Of a stretch of DNA of 64,000 nucleotides, positions 1-13,594 are shown piece by piece; position 1 is the stretch's first letter, and every line of letters starts with the position of its first letter. The position numbers and the translations under genes were made by a program. The DNA is from Octopus bimaculoides (lineage: Eukaryota). The stretch lies in the NCBI RefSeq assembly GCF_001194135.2, contig NC_068983.1:49769743-49833742 (forward strand). The letters run 5' to 3'. The notes under the pieces were generated by a model that saw only the letters and a list, made by a program, of their open reading frames with translations, was not told the origin of the DNA and did not search any database.

Positions 1-105
1 GCTCCAATCCGATCTGGCAATGTTTCTACAGCTGGATACCCTTCCTAACGCCAACTACTTCGAGTGTGTAGTGGGTGCCTTTTATGTGCCACCGGCACAA
101 GGGCT
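1..105 (-). mobile_element. SINE-C fragment (RTE-type (GAT)n-tailed retroposon)
   Basis: GTTGGCGTTAGGAAGGG..CCAGCTGTAGAAA central block, recalled as Ceph-SINE-like (unverified). Confidence 0.85.
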
Positions 106-106
106 C

Positions 107-490
107 ACCGCCATCACTTGACAACTGCTGTTGGTGTGTTCATGTCCTCATAACTTAGCGGTTCGGCAAAAGAGACCGATAGAATAAGTACTAGGCTTAC
201 AAAGAATAAGTCCTCAGGTCGATTTGTTTGACTAAAGGTAGTGCTCCAGCATGGCTGTAGTCATATGACTGAAGTAAGTAAAAAATAAAAATAAATATAT
301 ATATGAGTGTGTTGGTGTGTGTGTGTTGGTGTGAGTGTATGATGGGCTTCTTTCAGTTTCTATCTACCAAATCCATTCATAAGGTTTTGGTCTGCTTGAG
401 GATATAATAGAAGACACTTGCCCAAGGTGCCACACAGTGGGACTGAAACCAGGATCATACAGTTGAAAAGTAAGCTTCTTACCATACGTC
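107..490. mobile_element. SINE-A halves (3' half + at 107-292; 5' half - at 338-490)
   Basis: Match to the SINE-A consensus seen in the complete copies. Confidence 0.85.
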
Positions 491-920
491 CATGTTGAAG
501 TCTTTTTGGTAAATAAATGTTGAAGCCACAAAGTTTGATCAAATGAAGATACTGAAAACTGAGTAAAGATTCACAGATGAATAATGGGTGAGAATAGGGT
601 GGGTTGTTACTTTGTCAGTTTTAATTGGCTTAGCAGGTGAGGGATTACATGGTTAATTATAAGACTGGAAATATGATTAACAATAACAATAACAATAAAT
701 GATAAAATAGTTAAACATGGCTAATTGTGAAGACTTAGAAATAACAGACAATAACTGTGGGCAGTCATATTAGTTGGATTACTTGTTAATTAGTAAATGA
801 AAACTGCTGTGTGGGCATGGGTGAGTGGGTGTTGAGGTGTGAGAGAATGAGTTAGTTTTGCTAGTTTGTTGGTATGTTTTATAGTATTTTAGTTTTTAGT
901 TTATATTTGTTTTCAGTTAG

Positions 921-1105
<185 letters not shown>

Positions 1106-1813
1106 TAATTATTACTAACCAGCATATATATCCATACATACACTCACACACAAGTGCATCCATACATAAGTGCATACAAACATAAATATTTACACACACA
1201 CACGTATATATACATATATACACTCACTGAATAAACACTTATAGACATATGTGCAAATACATCCTTACGGATATATGTGTATTTGTGTGTGTGTGGGTGC
1301 GTGTGGGTGCACATGTACATAAAGGCATACACATAAAACCAGATATACAAGTGTATCATATATACACAGAAACGTTGCTAGAGGTGGTAGTAATTATAGA
1401 TGTACATTTGTGAGAGTGTGCGTATGCATGAGCATGTGTGGCGTATGTGTGTTTTGTGTGTATAGTACTGATGCATGTTCATTCTGAACCACTGTGTTTC
1501 AAAGAATGTCCTCCAAAATTTGCACACACATCCGAAATTATCTGCAAAAATACATGAAAGAAGAGACCTAGGCCTTGGGTCCACCTGGGACAAAACTGAG
1601 GATTTTAAGAAGATTGGGAAATGCTGGGTTATAATGGAATCACTATTGTCCTGTTTCTCTTTCTCTCTCACACTAATTCTCAGTCTCTCTCTCTGTATCT
1701 GTCTGTCTGTCTCTCTCATATATACTTTCTCACATTGTTTAGCAAATAATGTAGACAGCATATATTGGAACAGTGTAGTTACTAGCATACTGAATTTAAA
1801 AACCACATCTTTG

Positions 1814-1970
1814 TAGGGGTGGACTGAGATTATTAAGGGCCCTCAGGCATAACTGCTTACTGGGCCCCTTTGAATGTGTGTTTTAGAAGAATTAACATAT
1901 AGAGCGCAACCCCTCAGAGCTTCGGGCCCTCAGGCAGTGCCTGATTGACTCATGGCTCAGTCCGCCCCTG
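1814..1970. mobile_element. hAT-type MITE
   Basis: 15-bp TIR (TAGGGGTGGACTGAG / CTCAGTCCGCCCCTG, 13 of 15 match) and 8-bp TSD CATCTTTG / AATCTTTG (1806-1813, 1971-1978). Confidence 0.85.
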
Positions 1971-2140
1971 AATCTTTGAGAAGCTGCTATGTAGTTTCAA
2001 ATACCAAAGAAGGAGGAACAAATGTTCTTGTTTTTAATTGTTTCATTTTCCATTATGAAATATTTCTATGATATGCTCTGTGATTTAGATTTAACTTTAT
2101 GTCTTAATTTGCTCATATTTTGAACAATATTTAGGCAACA

Positions 2141-2297
2141 AGAGCTGGCTGCGTGGTAAGTAGCTTGCTTACCAACCACACGGCTCCGGGTTCATTCCCA
2201 CTGTGTGGCACCTTAGGTAAGTGTCTTCTACTATAGCCTTGGGCTAACCAAATCCTTGTGAGTGTATTTGGTAGATGGAAACTGAAAGAAGCCCGTC

Positions 2298-2339
<42 letters not shown>

Positions 2340-3110
2340 NNNNNNNNNNNNNNNNNNNNNNNNNNNNNNNNNNNNNNNNNNNNNNNNNNNNNNNNNNNNN
2401 NNNNNNNNNNNNNNNNNNNNNNNNNNNNNNNNNNNNNNNNNNNNNNNNNNNNNNNNNNNNNNNNNNNNNNNNNNNNNNNNNNNNNNNNNNNNNNNNNNNN
2501 NNNNNNNNNNNNNNNNNNNNNNNNNNNNNNNNNNNNNNNNNNNNNNNNNNNNNNNNNNNNNNNNNNNNNNNNNNNNNNNNNNNNNNNNNNNNNNNNNNNN
2601 NNNNNNNNNNNNNNNNNNNNNNNNNNNNNNNNNNNNNNNNNNNNNNNNNNNNNNNNNNNNNNNNNNNNNNNNNNNNNNNNNNNNNNNNNNNNNNNNNNNN
2701 NNNNNNNNNNNNNNNNNNNNNNNNNNNNNNNNNNNNNNNNNNNNNNNNNNNNNNNNNNNNNNNNNNNNNNNNNNNNNNNNNNNNNNNNNNNNNNNNNNNN
2801 NNNNNNNNNNNNNNNNNNNNNNNNNNNNNNNNNNNNNATATATATATATATATATATGTATAATTGTAAATGTAAAAATAAAAACAAAACACATGTATGT
2901 GTATATGTTTGTGTGTCTGTGTTTGTCCCCCCAACATCGCTTGACAACTGATGCTGGTGTGTTTACGTTCCCGTAACTTAGCGGTTCGGCAAAAGAGACC
3001 GATAGAATAAGTACTAGGCTTACAAAGAATAAGTCCTGGGGGTCAATCTCCTCGACTAAATGCGATGCTCCAGCATGGTCGCAGTCAAATGATTGAAACA
3101 AGTAAAAGAG
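2141..3110 (+). mobile_element. SINE-A (tRNA-derived head, CORE-like CCTTGGGCAAG motif, internal (TA)n/(TG)n, GTAAAAGA tail); spans an N gap
   Basis: Head TGGCTGCGTGGT..GGTTCATTCC, conserved body, internal microsatellite collapsed into the gap. Confidence 0.9.
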
Positions 3111-3815
3111 TTATTGTTGAGCATCATAGGGACAGGAAGTAGGAACAGGAGAAGAGGAAGAGGTGGCGAGGAGGATCAGTTATTTGAGAAATATACTGCA
3201 AGAATACCAGGAAGAGAAATGAAAAGGACAACAGTGTAACACATCCAACTGAGATAAAGAAAAGAAGATGAATGTAAACTTTATTCAAATCTGAAATGAA
3301 TATAGTTTCTATATGCAGTAAATTGCTAATATAAGAGTTAGTGTTCGCTAAATCCATGAAATTGTAATAAATGGACAGTAATTGATTAAATGCAAATATA
3401 ATTTAAATTGATGCTGAATTCTCATGGGAATTTGCTTTGTGATATCTATTTTTACAGTTGAGAACTTCAGTTGGTTAAAGAATAAAGGATTGTTTTTTTT
3501 TTGTTTTCTTTTTAAATAAAGAACAATTTAAGCAACAGGAAGCTCAAGAGAGAGAATGTTACAATTTCAAAGAAATAATAGAAAGATAAATATATAGAAA
3601 TAAAATGAAAATCCAGGAAACAAATGATACATTGGCACTTATTTGATTTGTTTTAATTTTACTTTCTATTTCAAGAACACTCGATTGCGTTACATAAAAG
3701 AGACATAGTTTAAAATTAGATTATTCAAAACATATGAAAAAAAGAGTTTCAAGAAATTTTGCCATTTTCTCTTCTCTACTGAAATGAATACTGGATTTCT
3801 AACTTCCATTTATAG

Positions 3816-3857
3816 GATCATTTGGGATATCAACTGCACTATTATAAAGTAAAACTG
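3816..3857 (+). other. Candidate 42-nt exon
   Basis: TTCTAAC branch-like motif, TTCCATTTATAG acceptor, CTG|GTAAGT donor. One open frame (DHLGYQLHYYKVKL). Confidence 0.35.
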
Positions 3858-3989
3858 GTAAGTAAACACACTAAAGAATGACAAATGCTATTCACTGATC
3901 ATATATATCTGTCTGTAAGAATTTCCCATCTCACAAAACATTGCACAGAGTTTGAATTGATGAAGGAAATCTGGTATACTAAAAATGAA

Positions 3990-4022
<33 letters not shown>

Positions 4023-4194
4023 ATAATGCAGAATGTACCATTCTGCAGAATTGTTGGACTGACACATAAATGCATTGCAGTATTTAGTTAATAGTCCTTT
4101 ATGTTCTGATTAGAAATCTTAATGACGACAGCTTTGTCCTTCATTATTCTGTGGGCCATCAACTGTGAAAGTCAAGTTATTTGGTTTACATTGC

Positions 4195-4975
4195 AAGTGG
4201 TACTTAAAAAACACCATTTTGAGTGTGGCTGTTGCCAGTACTGCCTGACTGGCCTTCGTGCAGGTGGCATGTAAAAGCACCCACTACACTCTCGGAGTGG
4301 TTGGTGTTAGGAAGAGCATCCAGCTGTATAAACTTTGCCAGATCAGATTGGAGTCTGGTGCAGCCTTCTGGTTCGCCAGTTCTCAGTCAAATCGTCCAAC
4401 CCATGCCAGCATGGAAAGCGGATGTTAAACGATGATGATGATGATGATGATGACTTCCATAAATTTGATTTTTTTCTAGATAAGGATGTCGGCCCTATGC
4501 AAACCCATTTTTGCCTCTATGAAGTGGTGATCTATGTTTGGCCCCTATCCTTTGACCTCTCCAACACGAGAAGCCTTATGAAGAGCTTGCTATCTGCTCC
4601 TATAGCTCTCTGAATCATCGAGGATCACAAGCCACCACAAGGATTGGACCTTGTGGGGGTAAGATTAACATGTCCACTCCCTTTGCTATCAATTTCTGAA
4701 GTCCTACAGATCACCATCATCATCGTTTAATGTCTGCTTTCCATGCTTGCATGGGTTGGACGATTTGACTGAGGACTGGCAAGCCAGAAAGCTGCACCAA
4801 GCTCCAATCTGATCTCGCAGAGTTTCTACAGCTGGATGCCCTTCCTAACACCAACCACTCCGTGAGTGTAGTGGGTGCTTTTACGTGCCACCGGCACGAG
4901 GGCCAGTCACACAGTACTGCCAATAGCCATGCTCAAAAAGGTGTTTTTTACGTGCCACCTGCACAGGAGCCAGTA
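4195..4975. mobile_element. Tail-to-tail SINE-C pair (+ 4195-4453; - 4711-4975)
   Basis: Consensus matches with (GAT)n / (ATC)n tails facing each other. Confidence 0.9.
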
Positions 4976-5419
4976 GACAGTCACGAGTAATGTCCTCCCT
5001 CCTCTGTCTATGACAGAATCATTTAAAATATATCAATTTCACACACTAGCAAAAAGTCAGAAATATCCGGGAATGCGGCATAAGCAGGACAGACCTTATA
5101 TACGCATTAACTTTTGTTAAAAGTCCAAGAATTATCAGCCATAAACTGCTCTTGATATTCTAATCAAAACTGTAGCAGAATATAACTCAGTTGGCAAAAT
5201 AGTTTTGTCCATTACTACCACTTTTATCTCCGCAATGACACAGATTAAGTTAACTTAGCACTGATGCCACCTACATTCTTGAAGACAAAATTTGTATGCG
5301 ATCAATACACACACAAAAAACACACACATGCAAATGTTTCCATGATCATCTAGGTATGGCAGACAGACAAATACATGAAAAGAAAGAGTCAGAAAGAAAC
5401 AAATGATTAATGAAGGGGT

Positions 5420-5509
<90 letters not shown>

Positions 5510-5696
5510 AGGGGGCAGAGAAATGCAGACACAAAGTTATGGGCAGAAGTGGAAGAAATATATATACATATACATACACACATATATATATATGCATACA
5601 CATATTCATATATACATGCACTCATACTCAAATATATACATGTCAACATATATGTGTATATACAGTGTATGTGTATATCTATCTATCTATCTATTT

Positions 5697-5737
<41 letters not shown>

Positions 5738-7314
5738 AGTATCTATGCATGCATATGTGTGTGGGTGAAAGGAGAAAGAGGGAGACAAGACAGAATGAGA
5801 GAGATCGTTATGGGTAGATCTATGATGAAATGAAAGAATAATTAACCAAATTTATACATAACACACACACAGACATTACGTATTTCTTCTTTTTTTTTCT
5901 TTTTGTTATTTTCTTTATTTATAAGATATTTTGCATACATATTGCACTAAACAGAGATTGATGTATTAATTGTACATATTGATTCCTAAATCAAACAATC
6001 AATGCAAGACTCTTTGAATTTCAACAATGGTCGAGACGATAGTTTAGGGTAATTTGTTACCAAGACAAATGTTAAACATAGAGCAAATCTTTGGCTGTCT
6101 CCAAAACCTATTTTGATTTCTATGGTTCAATTGCCAACCAAATAGTTTACCAAGATATTAAACAATGCTGTCGGCTAACAACTATTGAATTTGACTTTGG
6201 AAATACCAAGTATTTTTTACTGTTTGTTTTGTTTTGTTTCAATGTTTTAATACTTTCCCCATTTATTATTTTTTTTTTTATTTTGGTATTTGATATCGTT
6301 TAATTAGCATTTTGCCTCCCAAACATTCCATCCTCAGACAAAAGCTAAAAAAACGTTTATCTTAATAAAGGATATAAAATGATTTCTAAAAATATGCAAC
6401 TATATATATAAAAATATCTATAGAGAGCTATTTCTAGATTGGAATCAGCACCAAACAGCACTAACAATGGAAACCATTAATACCAACACCAACAACAACA
6501 ACAACAGCATTACTATTATTACCAATGCCAGTATTTCGGTGGATTCATTCTTGTCCATCTCCTGTACCTTTATCGCATTACAGAGTTTTCGTGTCAATGT
6601 TATGCATTCATTATCATGGCTTCACTCATCAATGACATTGACACAGTAATAAAAAAACAAAAAAAAAACACTAACAACAACAATAATTGCTATCATCATC
6701 ATCATCGTTATCATCGTCATCATCGTCATCCTCATCATCATATCATCTCATGAGTTTATTTACAAAATGCAATTATTTAAATGTTCTATTTCACTTACTT
6801 CCCAAATGAATAAGCATTTTATTCAAATGGAATTAGGATGAAATTGAAGAAGTGATATATTGGGTCATAATTATGAATGTAAATATCACCATTTCAGCAT
6901 GGACACACAGACACACACACACACACATTCATTAGATATTTCGAATTTGCTTTGTTTTTTAGTCTAGTGCAGCAAATAGTGAGAGCAATTATGAAGATCA
7001 CACACATTTCGCAATAGTTTCCATACATAGGTTTTCATACAAACATGCACACATGCATACACAAACACAGGTATACACAAGCAGACACATTCTCACACCA
7101 GATGAACATATATACAGAAGTGTGGTAACGTCACTAAAAATTCCCCAAGATTATCTACATCTCCAAATACTTCCATTCCTATGTACAAGCATGCACACAG
7201 ACAGATAGAGAGGCACACTTGTTAGCAAATATCTAAACAGTAAGCTGGAAAAGCAGGAGTTTTTTTAGGCAAAGAGAGCAGCTAGCTAAAATACACTTGA
7301 CAAACAGCAAGTAA

Positions 7315-7565
7315 ATCATCATCGTTTAACGTCCACTTTCCATGCTGGCATGGGTTGGACGATTTGACTGAGGACTGGCGAATCAGAAGGCAGCACCAGG
7401 CTCCAATCTGATCTGGCAGAGTTTCTACAGCTGGATGCCCTTCCTAATGCCAACCACTCCGACAATGCAGTGGGTGCTTTTATGTGCCACTGGCATGAGG
7501 GCCAGTCAGGTGGTACTGGCAATGGCCATGCTCAAGTGATGTTTTTTAAGTGCCACCTGCACCTG
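7315..7565 (-). mobile_element. SINE-C
   Basis: Consensus match. Confidence 0.9.
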
Positions 7566-7929
7566 CAATTTTGTCGTTACTAACTGTGACTGATGATTTG
7601 TTTGACTAAAGGTGGTGCTCCAGCATGGCTGCTGTCAAATGACTAAAAGAATATAAGAATATATATATATATTTACACACACACACACACACAAACACAT
7701 GGTAAGACTGGCCTACTAAGATTTTGAAGATTAGCATTTCTTATGATTCTGTTTTGGCTGAGTTGAAGCAACCTTCGGTTCAATTCCATTGTGCTGCACC
7801 TTGGGTAAATGTCTTTGACTATGGCCATGGGGGGACCAAAGGTTTGTGAGTGGATTTGGTACACAGAAATAGAAAGAAGCCTGTCATGTATATACATATA
7901 TATGCTGTGTATTTGTATGTGTGTGTAGT

Positions 7930-8245
7930 GGAGGCGCAATGGCCCAGTGGTTAGGGCAGCGGACTCGCAGTCAGAGGATCGTGGTTTTGATTCCCAGACC
8001 GGGTGTTGTGTTTGTTTATTGAGTGAAAACACCTAAAGCTCCTCGAGGCTCTGGCAGGGGGTGGTGGCGACCCCTATGGTACTCTTTCGCCCCAACTTTC
8101 TCTCAATCTTTCTTCCTGTTTCTTGAGTAATGTTGCAATGGACTAGTGTCCCGTCCAGCTGGTGGGGAAAAAATGCCATAGAAATCAGGAAATCAGGCCC
8201 ATGAGCCTGGCTAGGCTTTAAAAGGGTGCATAAAAATAAAAAAAA
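7930..8245 (+). mobile_element. SINE-D (tRNA-derived head, V-domain-like ATGGACT..GTCCCGTCCAG block); a relative lies at 62997-63215
   Basis: A box TGGCCCAGTGG, B-box-like GTTTTGATTCC. The V-SINE-like assignment is from memory. Confidence 0.7.
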
Positions 8246-8246
8246 T

Positions 8247-8470
8247 AATATGTGTTATTTCTTTACTACCCACAAAGGCAAACACACAGAGGGGACAAAC
8301 AAGGACAGACAAACGGATTAAGTCGATTATATCGACCCCAGGTCGTAACTGGTACTTATTTAATCGACCCCGAAAGGAAGAAAGGCAAAGTCGACCTTGG
8401 CGGAATTTGAACTCAGAACGTAGCGGCAGACGAAATACCGCTAAGCATTTTGCCCATTGTGCCAGTTTCT
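8247..8470 (-). mobile_element. SINE-B1 (tRNA-derived head, GACTTTGCCTTTCATCC central domain, Tx1-like tail)
   Basis: B box GAGTTCAAATTCC, shared central domain, tail ending in TAAAGAAATA. Confidence 0.85.
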
Positions 8471-9870
8471 GTGTGTGTGTACCTTTTGCTAGTCATTGCT
8501 TGATGGTTGTGAATAAATATCATCATCTTACAAGTAAGGTTACTCGTTTCCAGTCTTCTGTAAAAGACCCGTTACCATTGGAAAATATTACTTTGCCTGG
8601 AAAGAGGTAGCAGCTGCCAATAGGAAAGGCAACCTGTTGTCAAATAACTACTTCAAAAAATTCTGTCTGACCCTTGCAAGCATGGAAAAGTGGATGATAA
8701 ATGATGATGAAAAAAAATTAGGTTGTCTAAAATATTTCCAAGGATTTTGCTTATAGAAGTAGTGTGCATCTGACAAAATGTGTCTAAGCTGCAGAGAAAT
8801 GAAGCGAGTTTATAAAAGCTGGTGTTATTATTATTATTATGTTGGTATCATCACAATTAGAGTGTGTTTGACAATAAGTAATGGAACTTTGGTCATTAAT
8901 ATACATAAGGAAGAGTGTCAGAAGCAGAACAAAACTATATGTACAGAAAATAAATAGAATACTGGTGAAACGGAACCACTTTAATATTGCAATGAAATAG
9001 TCTAACAGGAAATTCAGATCAAATGAATGATAGAAAGAGCCCTTAGGCAAGCAATTTTGCTAAGATTTTACTTATATCAGACACACTTAATGGTGTTGCT
9101 GATGTCAGCAGGAACAACATTACTTTTACATAAGTGTTTGTGAGGGAGGTCAGCGGTGTTAGATGTAGAGTAGCTGATTTCCAATTGATCTAATGCTATT
9201 GGAAACCATATTGGTGGTCAATGAGAAGGAAAAGAGATTTGGTGTGATATAAACAGTGATTGTTTAAGGCCAGTACTTCAAACACATCAAATATATTGGA
9301 AGCACAAACGACAGATTTGCTGTTAGCAGAATCAAACCAAACAGGTTACTATTTTCTGTGACTTGTACTGTCATCTGTCTATTGGACAAATACCTTCAAG
9401 GGAAAAAGGATAAAGAATTTAGCAAAGATATAGGTTCAATCAGGAACACACTGTCTGTTAATTATAACAGGAGCACTGTTGAGCTGAAGTGAATAGAGAT
9501 GCTTTTACACTCAATAAGACAGATGAGAGATAGAAAGCAGAATGATGTAGGGATGTACTCTGTGGATTGTGTAATATGTAAAATTCAAGGCAAGCATGCA
9601 GAAAGTAAAATGTGGTGTATTGAAAGGCTTATGTGAAAAATTATTGCTAATTAATTATAATTTCCTTCTAGTGGTAATTAACTGAAATTTCCTTCTTGAC
9701 GTCCTTCATATATAAAAAGGCCATAGTCGAAAGAAATTAAATTCTCAGACTTTCATTACATGTTTAGAGGAAGAATGGTCTGATCTTTGCAACCAAATGA
9801 CTACTAAGAACATTTCCTAATTTTCAGAGATGATCTCCCATTTCTCTTTGAGAGTAATTATCAATTACTA

Positions 9871-10400
9871 CGAAGGTGAGCCAAAAAGTAATGCCATTTT
9901 GTTTCGGACAGATATTATTACCAGCACATGAACATGTATCATACATCAAAATGAAGCTGATCCTCTGTGGATCACATCCCTACTTCTCAACATAATCACT
10001 GCTTCTCTCAATAGCAATGTTCCACCTTTGAATGAGAACATTTATTCCTGCCCAGTAAAATTCTGTTGACTGTTCTTTGAGCCACTTCTTCACTACAGTT
10101 TTCACTTGTCACTGGACTATCATCTCTTCAGCCCCATGAAAGAGGGTTTGTGAGGCAACCATTATTCCAGTGACGAGGAAGTGAAAACCGTTGTGAAGAA
10201 GTGGTTCAAAGAACAGTCAAAAGAATTTTATGGAGCAGGGATACATGCTCTCATTCGAAGGTGGAACATTGCTATTGGGAGAAACGGTGACTATGTTGAG
10301 AAGTAGGGATGTGATCCACAGAGGACCAGCTTCATTTTGATGTATGATACATGTTCCTGTGTTGGTAATTGTACCTGTCCTAAACAAAAGGGCATTACTT
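9871..10400. mobile_element. Fold-back mariner derivative (two inverted transposase 3' ends), right terminus lost
   Basis: TA-CGAAGGTGAG terminus and arms of about 230 bp in inverted orientation. The right arm translates DYHLFSPMKEGL*GNHYSSDEEVKTVVKKWFKEQSKEFYGAGIHALIRRWNIAIGRNGDYVEK* (mariner C-terminus). A SINE follows directly at 10401. Confidence 0.88.
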
Positions 10401-10726
10401 ACTGGCACTTGTGTCGGTGGCACGTAAAAAAACATTCGAGCAAGGTTGTTGCCAGTGCCGCTGGACTGGCTTCTGTGCAGGTGGCACATAAAAAACACCA
10501 TTTTGAGTATGGCTGTTGCCAGTACCGCATGATTGGCCCTCATGCCGGCGGCACGTAAAAGCACCCACTATACACTCGGAGTGGTTGGCGTTAGGAAGGG
10601 CAGCCAGCTGTAGAAACTCTGCCAGATCAGATTGGAGCCTGGTGTAGCCACCTGGTTCGCCAGTCCTCAGTCAAATCGTCCAACTCATGCCAGCATGGAA
10701 AGCGGACGTTAAATGATGATGATGAT
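10401..10726 (+). mobile_element. SINE-C
   Basis: Consensus match with (GAT)n tail. Confidence 0.9.
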
Positions 10727-10902
10727 ATATAAGTAATAATAAATCTCTGAGCGAGATGTCCTCTAAAGGATGTAGCAGCCTGAGAGTGGATAAATTATGC
10801 ATGAATTTACATGCATATGTTTAATAAAATTACATTTAGAATTACTGTGTAAATAATATACTTGAGGTCTAACCACGAGGCTCTTTCTTTCTCTCTTTGC
10901 AG

Positions 10903-11017
10903 AGAAGTTATCGAACAGCTTGAGAAGACTATTTTCTTTAGGTTCTTGCTAAGACTGTCTCCTTCATTTCACAAAACAGAAATATAAAGCAGCTTAGAGT
11001 TACTTATCTAAAATGCT
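10903..11017 (+). other. Candidate 115-nt exon (non-coding or 5' UTR; ends ..AAAATGCT)
   Basis: CTAAC at 10869, 20-nt pyrimidine tract, GCAG acceptor, GCT|GTAAGT donor. Stops occur in all three frames. Confidence 0.45.
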
Positions 11018-11206
11018 GTAAGTATTATTCAGTGATTTCATTTATTTGCATACCATTACTTTTGCTGGTGGCATGTTAATTAACTAAAGTAACGAGGCAA
11101 CATGTTTGTGAATAAATTGGGGAAAATGGTTCACATGAATAAATATACATCTTTCCTCAAAGTATGCATTTGTTTATGTAATGAGGCTAAATGAAAGTTT
11201 GCTAAA

Positions 11207-11745
11207 CATCATCATCATCATCGTTTAACGTCCACTTTCCATGCTAGCATGGGTTGGACGATTTGACTGAGGACTGGCGAACCAGATGGCTGCACCAGGC
11301 TCCAATCTGATCTGGCAGAGTTTCTACAGCTAGATACCCTTCCTAATGCCAACCACTCAGAGTGTAGTGGGTGCTTTTACGTGCCAGTCACACGGTACTG
11401 GCAATAGCTATGCCAAAAATAGTGTTTTATATGTGTCACCTGCACAGGAGCCAGCCAAGCGGCATTGGCAACGTCCTCGCTTGAATGATTTTCTAATGTG
11501 CCACCAACACAAATGCCAGTAAGGCGAATCTGGTAGCGATCACGCTCAAATGGTGCTATTTACGTGCCACCAGCACGGACACCAGATGGCTGCTCTGGCA
11601 ATGATCACACTCAGATAGTGCTGTTAGTGCTCCACTGGCACAGGTGCCGGTCATCGAATATGGTTCAATTATGATTTCGATTTCACTTGCCCCAACAGGT
11701 CTTCGCAAGCAGAGTTTAGTGTCCAATGAAGGAGACGTACATGAT
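11207..11745 (-). mobile_element. SINE-C, near full length
   Basis: Tail, central block, internal GGCACGTAAAA repeats and 5' CATTGGACACTAAACTC head. Confidence 0.92.
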
Positions 11746-11794
11746 AAATTATTTACAATTCTCATCTAGCTATTAATGTCTGTGTGTGTGTGTG

Positions 11795-12535
11795 CACGGA
11801 TTTTGGCTGTGTAGTTGAGAATCTTGCTTTATGGCTACACAGTTAGAGTTTCACTCCCACTATGTGAAACCCTGGGTAAGTAGTTTTATAGCCCTAGGCC
11901 AACCAAAAGCTGTGCGAAGAAATGTGGTAGACAGAAACTGTGTGAAAAGTATGTTGTATATACACAGGAATGTGTGTGTGTAACTGTGTGAATGTATGTA
12001 GGTGTAGGTACATTTGACTGCGGCCATGCTGGAGCACTGTCTTTCTTCAAGCAAATCGACCACCGGACTTATTCTTTGTGAAGCCTAGTACTTATTCTAT
12101 TGGTCTGTTTTACCGAACTGCTAAGTTACGGGGAGGTAAACACACCACCATCGGTTGTGAAGTGATGGTGGTGGGAGGAGGCAAACACACACACACACAC
12201 AGAAACAGACTTCTTTCAGTTTCCGTCTACCAAATCCACTTACGAGGCTTTGGTTGGTCCAAGGCTATAGTAGAAGACATTTTCCCAAAGTTCAACGCAG
12301 TAGAACTGAACTCAGAACCTTGTGGTTAGTAAGCAAGCTACTTACCACACAGCCACTCCTGTGCCTATTTTTGTGTGTGTTTGTCCCTCATCCCCATAAC
12401 TTAATGGTCGAGCAAATGAGACCGATAGCATAAGTACCAGGGTTATAAAAGAATAAGTATACATCAATTCGTTTGACTAAACTGTTCAAAGTTGTGCTCC
12501 AGCATTACCATGGTTCAATCAGTGAAACAAGCAAA
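11795..12535. mobile_element. SINE-A cluster (+ 5' half, - full copy 12012-12365, + 3' half)
   Basis: Matches to the SINE-A consensus in alternating orientation. Confidence 0.85.
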
Positions 12536-13244
12536 AGTGATCTATCTGCCTGCCTGTCTGTTTATCTACCTGTCTGTGTCTGCCTGTCTATTTATCTGCC
12601 TATCTTCCTATCTATCTATCTATCTATCTGTCTGTGTCTACCTGTCTGCCTATCTATCTATCTATCCATCCATCCATCCATCCATCCACACACACACACA
12701 CACACACCTCATCTATTGGCCAGTATATGCAAACAGCCCGTCTTTGAAACATGTAATAAAGATGGGAGTCTTGTGTTTGAGGTTAATCTCTTATATTTAG
12801 GACTTTTCATATTTCCTTATTAGTTCATTATAGCTTAATTAAGAACAGTTGAATTCCTAATTTTATTAACGATTCAAGACTACTTCAATCTCCTCAGTTG
12901 GATGAAATCATAGTAAAATCGATGTATTGTTTGCACACTGCTGTCAGTTGCAAATGGTTGTGTGATTACAATGATATTCAGAAATGAAATCTAGACATGT
13001 ATGCTCTAAGTTGTAGGGTTACGGTTTTGCAACTTGCCAGCTGGAAGTTTGTATAGTTAAAATTTATAGAAAAATAAAAGATGATGACAGGAGTATGAAC
13101 AACAAGCAAGTGTATTAGTTTGATGCTCGGGCAAAATGAAAAGTCTTTTATGTTTTGAGCAAATGCTCTTCAGCAGAAAGGAATAACAGAAAATAAACAG
13201 TGAGAAAATGAAAAAAATTTGTAGATCTCAGCAGTCCATGAAGT

Positions 13245-13552
13245 GGCAACGACCTCACTCGAATGTTTTCTAACATGCCAGTAAGGCGATGCTGGTAACA
13301 ATCACACTCAAATAATGCTATTTACGTGCCACTGGCACGGTAGCCAGACAGCTGCTGTGACAATGATTACGCTTGGACGGTGCTGTTAGTGCTCCACTGA
13401 CACAGGTGCCAGTCATCAAATATGGTTCAATAATAATTTCGATTTTGATTTCATTTGCTTCAACAGGTCTTCGCAAGCAGAGTTTAGTGTCCAATGAAAG
13501 AGAGGTTGGCATGTGTGCCAGTCATCGAATTTGGTTCGATTTCGATTTCACT

Positions 13553-13555
<3 letters not shown>
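13245..13555 (-). mobile_element. SINE-C 5' part
   Basis: Consensus match. Confidence 0.85.

Positions 13556-13594
<39 letters not shown>

Noticed and set aside
2131-3101. Long track ORFs full of X (also at 27.6-28.2, 38.7-39.7, 40.7-41.5 and 51.2-52.1 kb)
   Set aside because: Artefacts of translating N gaps.
7930-8000. tRNA-like sequences here and at other SINE heads
   Set aside because: They lack a closing acceptor stem and continue into SINE bodies, so they are not tRNA genes.
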